Shown: positions 30,068-38,696 of the stretch, piece by piece
Layout: each line of letters starts with the position of its first letter
Numbering within the stretch: position 1 is the stretch's first letter
Origin: Patescibacteria group bacterium
GTDB lineage: Bacteria > Patescibacteriota > Patescibacteriia > Patescibacteriales > JBAZCA01
NCBI GenBank assembly: GCA_041661405.1
Contig: JBAZUL010000002.1
Coordinates: 3,715 to 67,714, forward strand
Direction: 5' to 3'
Length of the DNA stretch: 64,000 bases
The notes under the pieces: generated by a model
What the model was told of the DNA's origin: nothing
The model's input: the letters and a program-made list of their open reading frames with translations, nothing else
The model's database searches: none
Made by a program: the position numbers and the translations under genes

Positions 30068-30203
30068 GGGCTTTGCCCGCGGGGAAATCATTGCTTTTAA
30101 AAGCGGGGGCTGCGGGCGCTTTTAAAAGCTTTTTATAAAATAGTTTTAAACCTTTTTTTTAAATTCAATTTGAGCTTCGGCGTAAAATCGGAGCCAATAA
30201 AAA
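30068..30203 (+). repeat. Direct repeat copy 1 (~110-bp unit plus a 25-bp internal insertion)
   Basis: gggctttgcccg...aaaagctttttataaaatagttt...gagcttcggcgta.aatcggagccaataaaaa matches 33641-33750. Confidence 0.85.
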
Positions 30204-30230
30204 TCAAGGCTAACATTGGCCTTGATTTTT

Positions 30231-30255
30231 TGTACCCAGGGAAGGAGTTAGAACC
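30231..30255 (-). other. Possible tRNA 3'-end remnant (Leu-like, att-site-like)
   Basis: Minus strand ggttctaactccttccctgggtaca resembles a T-arm plus 3' acceptor strand; followed by a terminator hairpin at 30199-30230. Confidence 0.45.
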
Positions 30256-30321
30256 TAAGTAAAAAATTGACACTTGATGAATAGTTGGATACTCTTAGAA
30301 TAGATAATAACTCAGGAATAT

Positions 30322-31317
30322 ATGAAAGAAATATTAGATAATCCCTTGGAGCAATACCAAGAAATAGAATCTAAGACTGCTAAAAATGAAAATAAAAAAG
30401 AAAAGTGGACAGCAAAAATACGGAAAGCGTTGAGTATTTTTATTGCTACCGGCTTAGTTACTCTTTCCGCCGATCCGGTTCTTGACTCAAAAATTTATTT
30501 TAATGAAAACCATATAGGTAAATTTATTGAATATACGGGAGAAGATAATGAAATCAAGCAGCTGGAAATGGAATATAGGCTTAAGGAGTTGTGCGAAAAA
30601 TATTCAGTTAACATTGTAGGCTTTCTTAAAACGGCGGATGAAGGAGCAAGAGAAAATCGGGAAAAAGAAAAAGGGCCGTTAAAAGTAGAAGGATTTGAAT
30701 CTTTGGGCATTTTTAATGAAGATCTAAAAGAAATGTGGGATGAGACATATCCAAAGAACGCTTTAAATGAAGTTTCCAGAGTTGCTTATATATCCAAGTC
30801 TAAGCAGAATGTAGGGGATTATAATATATCAGGACAGATGATGGCGGCTGGAACGAATATATTAAGCAATGAAATAACATTTTTCAAAAGTTTAGAGGGC
30901 CACTCAAAAAAGAAAGACATAATAGGGACTGCGGATTGGTTTTTTAGTCATGAGCTTGGTCATATGAATGATTGGGCCCATACTGACAATTTAACGCCAG
31001 AGGAAAGAATAGAGTTTTTGCAGGAGGTAACACAATCATTTCTTATGGAAGGGTCGTTTAGAGATGTGTTAGGATATGTAGATTCGATAAATAATCCAGA
31101 CCAGCAGAAACAATTATTTTACAAAGTTGGAGAGTATTGGGCGGGTTTATGTGAATATTATTTTACTTTCCCCGATATTCAATTCAATAGCTTGGAGACG
31201 GCTTTAATTGAAAAATGGTTATTGAAGGGTGAAAAGTTTGATAACTTGGCAATGAAAGAAAAAAGAGTGGGCTATGTAAAAAAAATGCTTGAAACTAACT
31301 ATTATGATAAAAAATAG
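30322..31317 (+). CDS. Hypothetical protein with an HExxH (zincin-like) motif
   Basis: 'FSHELGH' and downstream 'EYWA'; one hydrophobic N-terminal segment. Confidence 0.6.
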   Translation: MKEILDNPLEQYQEIESKTAKNENKKEKWTAKIRKALSIFIATGLVTLSADPVLDSKIYFNENHIGKFIEYTGEDNEIKQLEMEYRLKELCEKYSVNIVGFLKTADEGARENREKEKGPLKVEGFESLGIFNEDLKEMWDETYPKNALNEVSRVAYISKSKQNVGDYNISGQMMAAGTNILSNEITFFKSLEGHSKKKDIIGTADWFFSHELGHMNDWAHTDNLTPEERIEFLQEVTQSFLMEGSFRDVLGYVDSINNPDQQKQLFYKVGEYWAGLCEYYFTFPDIQFNSLETALIEKWLLKGEKFDNLAMKEKRVGYVKKMLETNYYDKK

Positions 31318-31819
31318 TAAGCTTTTTAGTTTTTTGTTGATTTTACCGTTGTTTATTTTAATCCTTGGCGGTTGCGGCAAAAGCGCTTCGGAGATAGCGG
31401 GCGAAAAAGCGGCTGAAAAAAATATAGAAAACCAAACGGGAGGCCAAGCTAATGTTGACATAAATAACGGCAGTATAAAAATTGAAGGTAGTCTGGGTAA
31501 GATTGAATCCGGCGATAATGTAAAATTGCCGGCATATTTCCCCGACGATGTTTATGTCATTGAGGGTAAAATAATTACTGCATTTTCCAACCAGGCTGAT
31601 AAAAGCATTACGCTTTCTATTGACTCCACCGCGAGCATAAAAGAAGCGTTTACTATATATCAAGAAAAATTAAAAGCCACCGGCTGGCTGATTACCGGAA
31701 TAATGAATTACGGCGATTCCGCGAATGTGATAGCCGAAAAAGATAAGCGCACAGCTTCAATATTTATGAATAAGAGTGGAGATAAAATAAGCGTAGTTCT
31801 TGTTATAGCGGAGAAATAA
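31304..31819 (+). CDS. Hypothetical lipoprotein
   Basis: Lipobox 'LGGC'; 'LPAYFPDDV' motif. Confidence 0.7.
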   Translation: MIKNSKLFSFLLILPLFILILGGCGKSASEIAGEKAAEKNIENQTGGQANVDINNGSIKIEGSLGKIESGDNVKLPAYFPDDVYVIEGKIITAFSNQADKSITLSIDSTASIKEAFTIYQEKLKATGWLITGIMNYGDSANVIAEKDKRTASIFMNKSGDKISVVLVIAEK

Positions 31820-31874
31820 TTTAATTGAGCAGTTCGGAAAAGCTTAAATTTAGTTATTTTTTTTAATAATTTAT

Positions 31875-33572
31875 ATGACTAAGCTGAAAAAAATTAGCCT
31901 CATAATTTTAATAATTGTTACGGCGGCGGGATTTTTTTTATTAATATCATTAAGATCTTTTATCGGATCGGAATTTTTAGGAGTATTAAAAGAAGAGCTT
32001 AGTAAAAAAATGTCAGGTTCGCAAACCGTGGGGCAAGTAACCGCTAACCGCAACGCCGGCAAGTTAAGCATTGCCGAAGTAACTGCGCCGGAATGGAATC
32101 AAGCCGCGCTTTCCCCGGTTATCGGCCAAGCCTATAAAATAGAACGATTAAAAGATGATAATAAGCCCGTAGCCGTAGAGTTTACTTATAACCCGGCTGA
32201 AATAGGCAAAGGAATTCCGGAATCGTCTTTGCGCCTGTTTAAGTGGCACAGTAACGGCAAGAACGGTTTCTGGTCGTTCGTGCCTAGTACGGTAAATACT
32301 GACCAACATGTAGTAACTGCCAGCCTAACCTCGTTTTCAATTTTAGCCGTGCGCGCCCCGCTGATATATTATTTTAGTCCTGAAGAGGTCGGGGAAATCA
32401 ATAATGATTTGCAAAGATTAACCAAAGAAGTTCCGGCCGATACCTGCGGTATAATAATCATCGTTGACGAGGAACTGATTGAAATGAAGGATGGAGAAAA
32501 AATGGAAGATTATTCACGGCCTTTTAGCGAACGTGAAGAGTCTCACGATTGCATAAAAAATCCTAGTAATATTCCCCCGGTACGCCACGCCAGTATTTCT
32601 AAGGAGCGCGAACAGTCCTGGAATAATGAGCAGACGCGCTATGTTAGCTATTTCGTTAATGCAGATGTATTATGGCAAAGAGATCATGAAGAAAGCGTGG
32701 AAATAAAAGGTGCGGTGGTAAATCAAAAGAATAAACCGCTCGAGGGGGTTAATCTGGTTGCCAACAAACAAAACTATAGCACCGCACAAAAAAAGGCCAC
32801 TACGGATAAAGATGGAAAATTTGAGCTTAATTTGCACTCCGGAGAATACGCGTTAAAAATTACACCCGGCAGTAAAAATAAAAATTGTGCTGGTACCGAT
32901 TTTACGGAAAAATTTTTTGAATTCGGCACCTTGCCGGATGACTTGGATAATAAGGGGCAAGAAACTTACCGGCATGGGCCCTGGGATAAAACCATTACTT
33001 TGCAATGCTCGGAATATTATCTTGATGAAACCCTGCAATTGCCGATTAATTCCTCCGTATCGGGCATAAACGTAAAAGGCACGGAAAGCGCGCATATTAC
33101 CGGCCAATTAACTCAGCCAGCTTCCGGCGGCTACGGCTGGGAAGGCGTCTGGGAGATAGACCATGAGGTAAAGACCGAAATAAAAACCAGCGGCGTTATG
33201 AGTATTATGGGCGGCACTATCGCTATGCCCGAGGGAGCCAATCAAACACAGGGCCTTTATAAATATAAAATAAGAATACCGCTGGGCGCCAAAGCCGGAG
33301 ATACTTTTGCCGTTAGCGGCGCTTGGGTCGGGGCTAATTATAAAAGTTCAACGCAAACCAGCGCCGGCAATATGAATACTACGGCTAATGGCGGCCAAGC
33401 TTCGTGGGATATTGGCTCTAGTTCGACAAACGAGCAAAATGGTAAAAATATGCCTATTAATCGCGCTGGCCGGGTTGTATCAGTAGACGGCGAAAACGGC
33501 TTGACCATAGAATTGATATCAAATATGGCTAACGATTTGCCGAAAGTAAAGATAAAACATCAGGCAGAGTAA
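31875..33572 (+). CDS. Membrane-anchored surface protein with a carboxypeptidase-regulatory-like (prealbumin-fold) domain
   Basis: N-terminal TM; 'IKGAVVNQKNKPLEGV...TTDKDGKF...GEY'. Confidence 0.65.
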   Translation: MTKLKKISLIILIIVTAAGFFLLISLRSFIGSEFLGVLKEELSKKMSGSQTVGQVTANRNAGKLSIAEVTAPEWNQAALSPVIGQAYKIERLKDDNKPVAVEFTYNPAEIGKGIPESSLRLFKWHSNGKNGFWSFVPSTVNTDQHVVTASLTSFSILAVRAPLIYYFSPEEVGEINNDLQRLTKEVPADTCGIIIIVDEELIEMKDGEKMEDYSRPFSEREESHDCIKNPSNIPPVRHASISKEREQSWNNEQTRYVSYFVNADVLWQRDHEESVEIKGAVVNQKNKPLEGVNLVANKQNYSTAQKKATTDKDGKFELNLHSGEYALKITPGSKNKNCAGTDFTEKFFEFGTLPDDLDNKGQETYRHGPWDKTITLQCSEYYLDETLQLPINSSVSGINVKGTESAHITGQLTQPASGGYGWEGVWEIDHEVKTEIKTSGVMSIMGGTIAMPEGANQTQGLYKYKIRIPLGAKAGDTFAVSGAWVGANYKSSTQTSAGNMNTTANGGQASWDIGSSSTNEQNGKNMPINRAGRVVSVDGENGLTIELISNMANDLPKVKIKHQAE

Positions 33573-33640
33573 TTTTTTTACAAAAGCGCCTTGTCGCGGC
33601 AAGCGGTGTCAGGATAAAGAATTTGAAATCGCCCAAAGCC

Positions 33641-33750
33641 GGGCTTTGCCCGTGGGGAATTTTTGCTATTAAAAGCTTTTTATAAAATAGTTTCAAATCT
33701 TTTTTTGAATTCAATTCGAGCTTCGGCGTATAATCGGAGCCAATAAAAAA
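33641..33750 (+). repeat. Direct repeat copy 2
   Basis: Near-identical to 30068-30203; also followed by a terminator-like hairpin (33745-33775). Confidence 0.85.
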
Positions 33751-33857
33751 CCTCGCCATTGCGGCGGGGGTTTTTGTAATAACAGGGCAAGAGTATTTTA
33801 TGCGCATGGCGGGTATTTAATGCTTGAGCTGCCGGTTTGCCTGCTCGTCCCGCAGGT

Positions 33858-34406
33858 TCACCTCAATTCCGTAGCGTTCGCGCGTCTAAACAACAGCGCC
33901 GATATGATGAATAGCATGGCGAAAAACGCGTTTATAGCGAACACGCCAATAACGCCCGCCTCGCCCCAGGAGGCTTTGGCTGGCCAGACAGAGAGCGCGA
34001 TTATCGGGATTAGGATTTGAACCAGTGCTGCCGAAAACAATGTTCGCGCCATTCCGCGCGGCTTAAAGCGGGAGATAAGGGAACCGATGAGTCCGACGGT
34101 AAATACGGCTCCATACATCAAGTTGGCGGGATTGTTCTCGCTTCCGATAATACCAACGGCGCCGTTCGCCCAAAAGAGGAGGAAGGCTCCCGCAAGCCCG
34201 ATGCCAAAAGCAAAACGGTACGTACTGCTTCGCGTCTTTAGATATTGCCATAATTCATAAGCGCCGCCAGCGGCCAGCAGTATGACGCTATAAGCAATGG
34301 CTTCATTCCACTGCACTTCGTTAGTAAACCGCATTGCCAGAGGGATTATCAATATAAGCCCCGCGATAACAACCCATATAATCTGTCTTTTTGTCATGTT
34401 TAGCAT
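33858..34406 (-). CDS. Hypothetical integral membrane protein
   Basis: Several TM helices; 'WANGAVGIIGSENNPANLMY'; start taken at ATG 34406. Confidence 0.7.
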   Translation of the reverse strand: MLNMTKRQIIWVVIAGLILIIPLAMRFTNEVQWNEAIAYSVILLAAGGAYELWQYLKTRSSTYRFAFGIGLAGAFLLFWANGAVGIIGSENNPANLMYGAVFTVGLIGSLISRFKPRGMARTLFSAALVQILIPIIALSVWPAKASWGEAGVIGVFAINAFFAMLFIISALLFRRANATELR

Positions 34407-34417
34407 AATAATATTGA

Positions 34418-34633
34418 TTAGATTTTTTTGTCGCTTTGGTATTCCAGTAATTCTCCGGGCTGGCAATTTAAAGCCTTGCAAATCGCTTCCAGGGTCGTAA
34501 GCCTAATCGCTTTGGCTTTTCCGTTTTTCAGTATGGAAACATTAGCCATGGTTATGCCGACTTTTTCCGTTAGTTCAGTAACGCTCATTTTCCTTTTCGC
34601 GAGCATTACGTCAATATTGATTATAATTGCCAT
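34418..34633 (-). CDS. Cro/C1-type (YozG-like) HTH transcriptional regulator
   Basis: 'NVSILKNGKAKAIRLTTLEAICKALNCQPGELL'; usual partner of DUF2975. Confidence 0.92.
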   Translation of the reverse strand: MAIIINIDVMLAKRKMSVTELTEKVGITMANVSILKNGKAKAIRLTTLEAICKALNCQPGELLEYQSDKKI

Positions 34634-34637
34634 ATTT

Positions 34638-35126
34638 TTAAACAGTTAAATCATTTTCAGACTTAATATCTACGGCGCTTTGCAAAAGTCTTTCAAAAAC
34701 GGCCGCGGCAGTAGCGACTACGATGGAAATAAAAATCAAAACAAGACCTATCATCACGCCACCCGCGATGTCCTCCTCCACTCTGCGCGCCACAACATTG
34801 ATATATCCTTCGGCTCCCACTAGAAAAGCGACAATGATTATCGCGCAGTATTTTATAGTCCTTAAGGCTTTTACGGCGCCTCCCGAAAATACCTCGTTCC
34901 GCCCTATGTACCGGAGCAGTTTAAATGCTTGAAAAAGCGCCACGAAAAAAGCAATGGAGCCGATGTATATATACGCCAAAAAGGGATCATCAAAATATAT
35001 ATCGTAGAGCGTGGTGGCGTGTGCGTTTACGCCCTCAACGCGAGGCTCCCAAAGCATAAGGCCAAAAGCGCCGATGCCGATGAGAATAATGACTGCCTGA
35101 AGAAACATTGTTGATCCTCGTTTCAT
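34638..35126 (-). CDS. DUF2975 membrane protein
   Basis: C-terminal 'AVDIKSENDLTV'; adjacent to a YozG-like regulator. Confidence 0.9.
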   Translation of the reverse strand: MKRGSTMFLQAVIILIGIGAFGLMLWEPRVEGVNAHATTLYDIYFDDPFLAYIYIGSIAFFVALFQAFKLLRYIGRNEVFSGGAVKALRTIKYCAIIIVAFLVGAEGYINVVARRVEEDIAGGVMIGLVLIFISIVVATAAAVFERLLQSAVDIKSENDLTV

Positions 35127-35289
35127 AAGAAGAGTCTTTAATTATTAATAGCTTTATTTTAATTCATCATTTATCGTTTGTCAATATATTATTATCGTTT
35201 GTATTTTTTTACCGGTTACTTCTTCTTTGACGCAACGTCAATGTCAAGCGGGGTTTTAATATTGGTTTTAGCCGTGATATAATAATTTC

Positions 35290-36546
35290 ATGCGATACGA
35301 CATAATAGTAATCGGCGGCGGGCCGGCCGGAATGATGGCGGCCGGACGAGCCGGGGAGCTTAAAGCCCGGACGCTTCTAGTTGAAAAAAATAGAAACCTG
35401 GGAGTAAAGCTTTTGATTACCGGCCACGGCCGCTGTAACCTTACTAACGAAAAGCATAAGCCCGGGGAATTTATTAGCCAGTTTGGAAAAAACGGTAAAT
35501 TTTTATTTTCCTCGCTTTACCAATTCGGCGCTAAGGACGCGATGGATTTTTTTGAGCGCCGCGGAATAAAACTGAAAATTGAGCCGGGCGGAAAAGTATT
35601 TCCGCAAAGCGACAAAGCGCGAGACATATTAAGCGCCTTAATCGGTTATCTAAAAGATTCAAAAGTGGCGATAAAAACGGGCGCTGAAGTAAAACGGATA
35701 GTAAAAAAAGGCCGCCTGATAAGCGGGATAATCCTTGGCGACGGGACTGAAATGAACGCCAGCGCCTATATAATCGCGACCGGCGGCCGAGCCTATCCTC
35801 AGACCGGATCAACCGGCGACGGCTACAAATGGGCGAGGGAGCTTGGGCATACGGTTATTGAGCCATTGCCGGCGCTAACTCCGATTATTTTAAAAGATAA
35901 ATTCATAAAAAGCCTGCAGGGATTAAGTTTTAGTAATGTTAAAATAAGCGCGCTTAAAGATAATAAAAAAATTCATTCTTTAGCCGGCGATATAATTTTT
36001 ACTGATAACGGCATTTCCGGGCCAATAATCTTAAATTTAAGCCGGCTAATCGCCCGGGAAAAAAGCCCGGAAATAACGTTCGCGATTGATTACTTCCCGG
36101 AAGAGGATTTTGCCGCCTTGGACCGGAAACTGCAAGATAACTTTAAAAGCGAACCCAATAAGTTATTAAAAAATTTACTTCAAAACTTTGTTCCTCCGAG
36201 ACTCGCGGAAGTAATATTAAAATTGGCGGCTGTTAACCCGGAAAAAAAGGCAAACATAGTCACGAAAGATGAGAGAAAAAAACTCGCCAGTCTATTAAAA
36301 GAATTTAACCTTTCTATAAAAAGTTTGTACGGCTTTGAATTGGCCTACATTACTTCGGGCGGGGTGGCCTTAAATGAAGTTGACCCGAAAACCATGCGTT
36401 CAAAATTTGTGAACAACCTGTATTTTGCCGGAGAAGTCCTTGACTTGGACGGTCCGACCGGCGGCAATAATCTTCAGGTTGCCTGGACGACCGGCTTCGC
36501 GGCCGGGGCGGGAGCGGCCGGGGCAATCTTTCCGGATTCAGACTAA
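35290..36546 (+). CDS. NAD(P)/FAD-dependent oxidoreductase, HI0933/YhiN family
   Basis: 'IGGGPAGMMAA', 'GRCNLTN', 'TGSTGDG', 'AGEVLDLDGPTGG'. Confidence 0.92.
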   Translation: MRYDIIVIGGGPAGMMAAGRAGELKARTLLVEKNRNLGVKLLITGHGRCNLTNEKHKPGEFISQFGKNGKFLFSSLYQFGAKDAMDFFERRGIKLKIEPGGKVFPQSDKARDILSALIGYLKDSKVAIKTGAEVKRIVKKGRLISGIILGDGTEMNASAYIIATGGRAYPQTGSTGDGYKWARELGHTVIEPLPALTPIILKDKFIKSLQGLSFSNVKISALKDNKKIHSLAGDIIFTDNGISGPIILNLSRLIAREKSPEITFAIDYFPEEDFAALDRKLQDNFKSEPNKLLKNLLQNFVPPRLAEVILKLAAVNPEKKANIVTKDERKKLASLLKEFNLSIKSLYGFELAYITSGGVALNEVDPKTMRSKFVNNLYFAGEVLDLDGPTGGNNLQVAWTTGFAAGAGAAGAIFPDSD

Positions 36547-36548
36547 AT

Positions 36549-36581
36549 AAAAAAGGCGGATGTTTTGTTATCCGCCTTTTT
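36549..36581. terminator. Bidirectional intrinsic terminator
   Basis: aaaaaaggcggat...atccgccttttt between convergent genes. Confidence 0.75.
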
Positions 36582-36592
36582 AAGGTTAGCAG

Positions 36593-37090
36593 TTAGCCCC
36601 GATAGAGGACCGCGATTTCGTTGCAAAGATGGATGCCTCCTTCCATTCTGTTTTTCGGGCATTCCGCGCAATCCATGAGCACCTTTGAACTAAATAGCTG
36701 GATGCCTACCTTAATAAATCCCGAGGGAAAGAAAAGGTTAGCGGCAAGGTTCTCGGTGGTCAAGGCGAAGATTCTTAGTCTTGGCCAGCTTCTTAGATCC
36801 CGAATCTTTTGTTTCAGGAGCATCTTTGCCAGTCCCTGTTGCTGGTATTCGGGAATGACTTTGAGCGCGATTATTTCCGCGTCAAAGTCATAAAATTTAG
36901 AGCCGACGCAGGCCACTACTTTACCTTTTTGGTTTAGAGCCACAAGGAAATTGGATCTTTGGCTGTCAATTTCCTCCGGCGGCCGGTAGCGTAAGTTCTC
37001 GCCCCGGGTAAGTTCGCTGATCGTCAAAATGTGTTTTTTTTGCGCTTCAACGATCGTGATTGCGTCATTTTTTGTTTCCAGGATTTTCAT
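36593..37090 (-). CDS. GNAT N-acetyltransferase resembling short ArgA (amino-acid N-acetyltransferase)
   Basis: 'AEIIALKV.PEYQQQGLAK', 'IFALT', C-terminal 'KVLMDCAECPK...CNEIAVL' like short N-acetylglutamate synthases; strong SD (AAGGAG). Confidence 0.72.
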   Translation of the reverse strand: MKILETKNDAITIVEAQKKHILTISELTRGENLRYRPPEEIDSQRSNFLVALNQKGKVVACVGSKFYDFDAEIIALKVIPEYQQQGLAKMLLKQKIRDLRSWPRLRIFALTTENLAANLFFPSGFIKVGIQLFSSKVLMDCAECPKNRMEGGIHLCNEIAVLYRG

Positions 37091-37148
37091 GACTTTCTCC
37101 TTTTAAGGAACTTAAAATTTGAAGGATCATTACGAGATTTCCATATAC

Positions 37149-37175
37149 AAAAAAGCCTCAATGGTCTTGAGGCTG
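37149..37175 (-). terminator. Attenuator terminator 2
   Basis: Minus strand agcctcaa-gacca-ttgaggct followed by a T-run. Confidence 0.85.
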
Positions 37176-37201
37176 ACTGGAAGAGTTTAAAGTTATACAT
37201 T

Positions 37202-37291
37202 TTAAGCGCTCGCAAACAACCTCAAGAATTTTCTCGGGTTTCTGCGGCGAAGGGCTATTGCCGTTGATTGTTTATGCTTTATATGTTTCAT
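37202..37291 (-). CDS. Leader peptide 2, MKHIKHKQSTAIALRRRNPRKFLRLFASA (29 aa)
   Basis: ATG...TAA ORF with CGC CGC AGA at 37241-37249, overlapping alternative hairpins. Confidence 0.8.
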   Translation of the reverse strand: MKHIKHKQSTAIALRRRNPRKFLRLFASA

Positions 37292-37312
37292 AGCCTTTAA
37301 AAAATGATTAAT

Positions 37313-37341
37313 AAAAAACGCAACCCCGTTTGAGGTTGCGT
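37313..37341 (-). terminator. Attenuator terminator 1
   Basis: Minus strand acgcaacctc-aaac-ggggttgcgt followed by a T-run. Confidence 0.85.
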
Positions 37342-37370
37342 GTATGAGTTTAAATTATGGAATAATTTTT

Positions 37371-37454
37371 TTAATCACAATCAAACAACCTCAAGCGGAT
37401 TATTGAGGTTCTGCGGCGGCTATTGCCTGAAATTGTTTGATTAAATATTTTCAT
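37371..37454 (-). CDS. Leader peptide 1, MKIFNQTISGNSRRRTSIIRLRLFDCD (27 aa)
   Basis: ATG...TAA ORF with CGC CGC AGA at 37410-37418, overlapping alternative hairpins. Confidence 0.8.
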   Translation of the reverse strand: MKIFNQTISGNSRRRTSIIRLRLFDCD

Positions 37455-37473
37455 ATTTTCTAACTGTTTTTAC

Positions 37474-37502
37474 AGGATAACAATCATGAGCCATCCTGTC
37501 AA
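37474..37502 (-). promoter_or_regulatory. Sigma70 promoter for the leader-peptide/ArgA-like transcript
   Basis: TTGACA-17 nt-TATCCT on the minus strand; overlapped by an ACAGGAT...ATCCTGT inverted repeat. Confidence 0.7.
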
Positions 37503-37636
37503 ATTGCGGAAAATAAGAAAAATGCGTTAGGTGTAATCGCTGTTTGCAAAACCCGTCTTGTCTATAATGAGGCGGGCTTTTTAATAGGTCTTATATATAG
37601 CCCGGCCAACTTTACTAATTTAGAATAAACAACGAT

Positions 37637-38077
37637 ATGAGCAATGATAACATGTCCGCTAAAGGCGGAAATCCGGTCGTGCATTTTGAAATGCCGGCCG
37701 AAGATAAAAAACGCATGGCCGATTTTTATGAAAAAACTTTCGGCTGGAAAACTAAAATGCTCGGCCCGGAAATGGGGGAATATGTCGTCGTTACTACGAC
37801 CGAGACCGATGATAAAGGAATGGTTAAAACGCCCGGGACGATTAACGGCGGGTTTTATGAGAAAACCGCTGATATGGGGGAGATGCATCCGTCCATCGTT
37901 ATCGCGGTGAAAGACATAAAGGCAAGCATGAAAATGGTGGAAGAAGCCGGCGGCAAGGTCTTGGGCGGCCAGTACAAATCCGGAGAGCCGGATGACATTC
38001 CGGGAGTCGGGCTTTATGTTTCTTTCATAGACACCGAAGGCAATCGGGTCGGGATGCTAGAGCCGAAAGGCATGTAA
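37637..38077 (+). CDS. VOC/glyoxalase family protein
   Basis: 'PVVHFEMPA', 'FYEKTFGW', 'DTEGNRVG'. Confidence 0.9.
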   Translation: MSNDNMSAKGGNPVVHFEMPAEDKKRMADFYEKTFGWKTKMLGPEMGEYVVVTTTETDDKGMVKTPGTINGGFYEKTADMGEMHPSIVIAVKDIKASMKMVEEAGGKVLGGQYKSGEPDDIPGVGLYVSFIDTEGNRVGMLEPKGM

Positions 38078-38102
38078 GCAATAAATTAGAATAATAAATT
38101 TT

Positions 38103-38345
38103 ATGATGTGGAATAACGGATACAATCCAATGTTCTGGGGAGGGTTTGGACCAATATTTATGATTATATTTTGGATACTGATAATAGCCGGCATAGTTTA
38201 TTTTATCAAATGGTCTTTAGGCCAACCCGGGGATTCGTCCGTCGCGCGGCACGGCCACACTCCGTTAGAGATTTTGAAAGAGCGCTATGCCAAAGGCGAA
38301 ATAAATAAGCAGGAATTTGAAGAGAAGAAAAAAGATTTGGCTTAA
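38103..38345 (+). CDS. SHOCT domain membrane protein
   Basis: TM helix plus 'LEILKERYAKGEINKQEFE'. Confidence 0.9.
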   Translation: MMWNNGYNPMFWGGFGPIFMIIFWILIIAGIVYFIKWSLGQPGDSSVARHGHTPLEILKERYAKGEINKQEFEEKKKDLA

Positions 38346-38434
38346 AGGCTTTCCGGCTTGTTTAATCTTAAGTGAGCGCTTGACAACGGAGCCAACGGCT
38401 TCCTGTTTATTGCGTTCAAGAAGGGAATAAGCGC

Positions 38435-38466
38435 AAAAAAATACTGATTATTAGTCAGTATTTTTT
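38435..38466. terminator. Bidirectional terminator
   Basis: aaaaaaatactga-ttattag-tcagtattttttt. Confidence 0.7.
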
Positions 38467-38481
38467 GTTGGCAATTCGGGT

Positions 38482-38652
38482 TCAGGCGGGTTTTTCCGTT
38501 TCTTTGCGAATAGCGTGAATATAGTCGTTAAATTCGTTTACCGCCGAGAGGACTTCAATTTTTTTGTCCGCCAGATTCAGCTTTCCGGCTTCAAGAAAAT
38601 ACAAAGCCAGACTGTCAGAAATAATCTGGCAGGTTTGCATGCTTAAACGCAT
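38482..38652 (-). CDS. Unannotated 56-aa ORF (MRLSMQTCQIISDSLALYFLEAGKLNLADKKIEVLSAVNEFNDYIHAIRKETEKPA)
   Basis: ATG preceded by A-rich context; lies between a structured leader and a terminator; below the ORF-track length cutoff. Confidence 0.55.
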   Translation of the reverse strand: MRLSMQTCQIISDSLALYFLEAGKLNLADKKIEVLSAVNEFNDYIHAIRKETEKPA

Positions 38653-38696
38653 AATTTTTCACCGATGCTTGCCCGAAGTAAGAGCGTCCTCCCAAC

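Noticed and set aside
25670-35200. Duplicated tRNA-Asn 3' end marking the far boundary of the islet
   Set aside because: No second copy of ttcgaatccgaccccgggagcca seen; the fragment at 30231-30255 has a different sequence and orientation
37031-37267. 78-aa plus-strand ORF across the attenuator region
   Set aside because: Overlaps the GNAT start, has no recognisable features, and the region is better explained by the minus-strand leader modules
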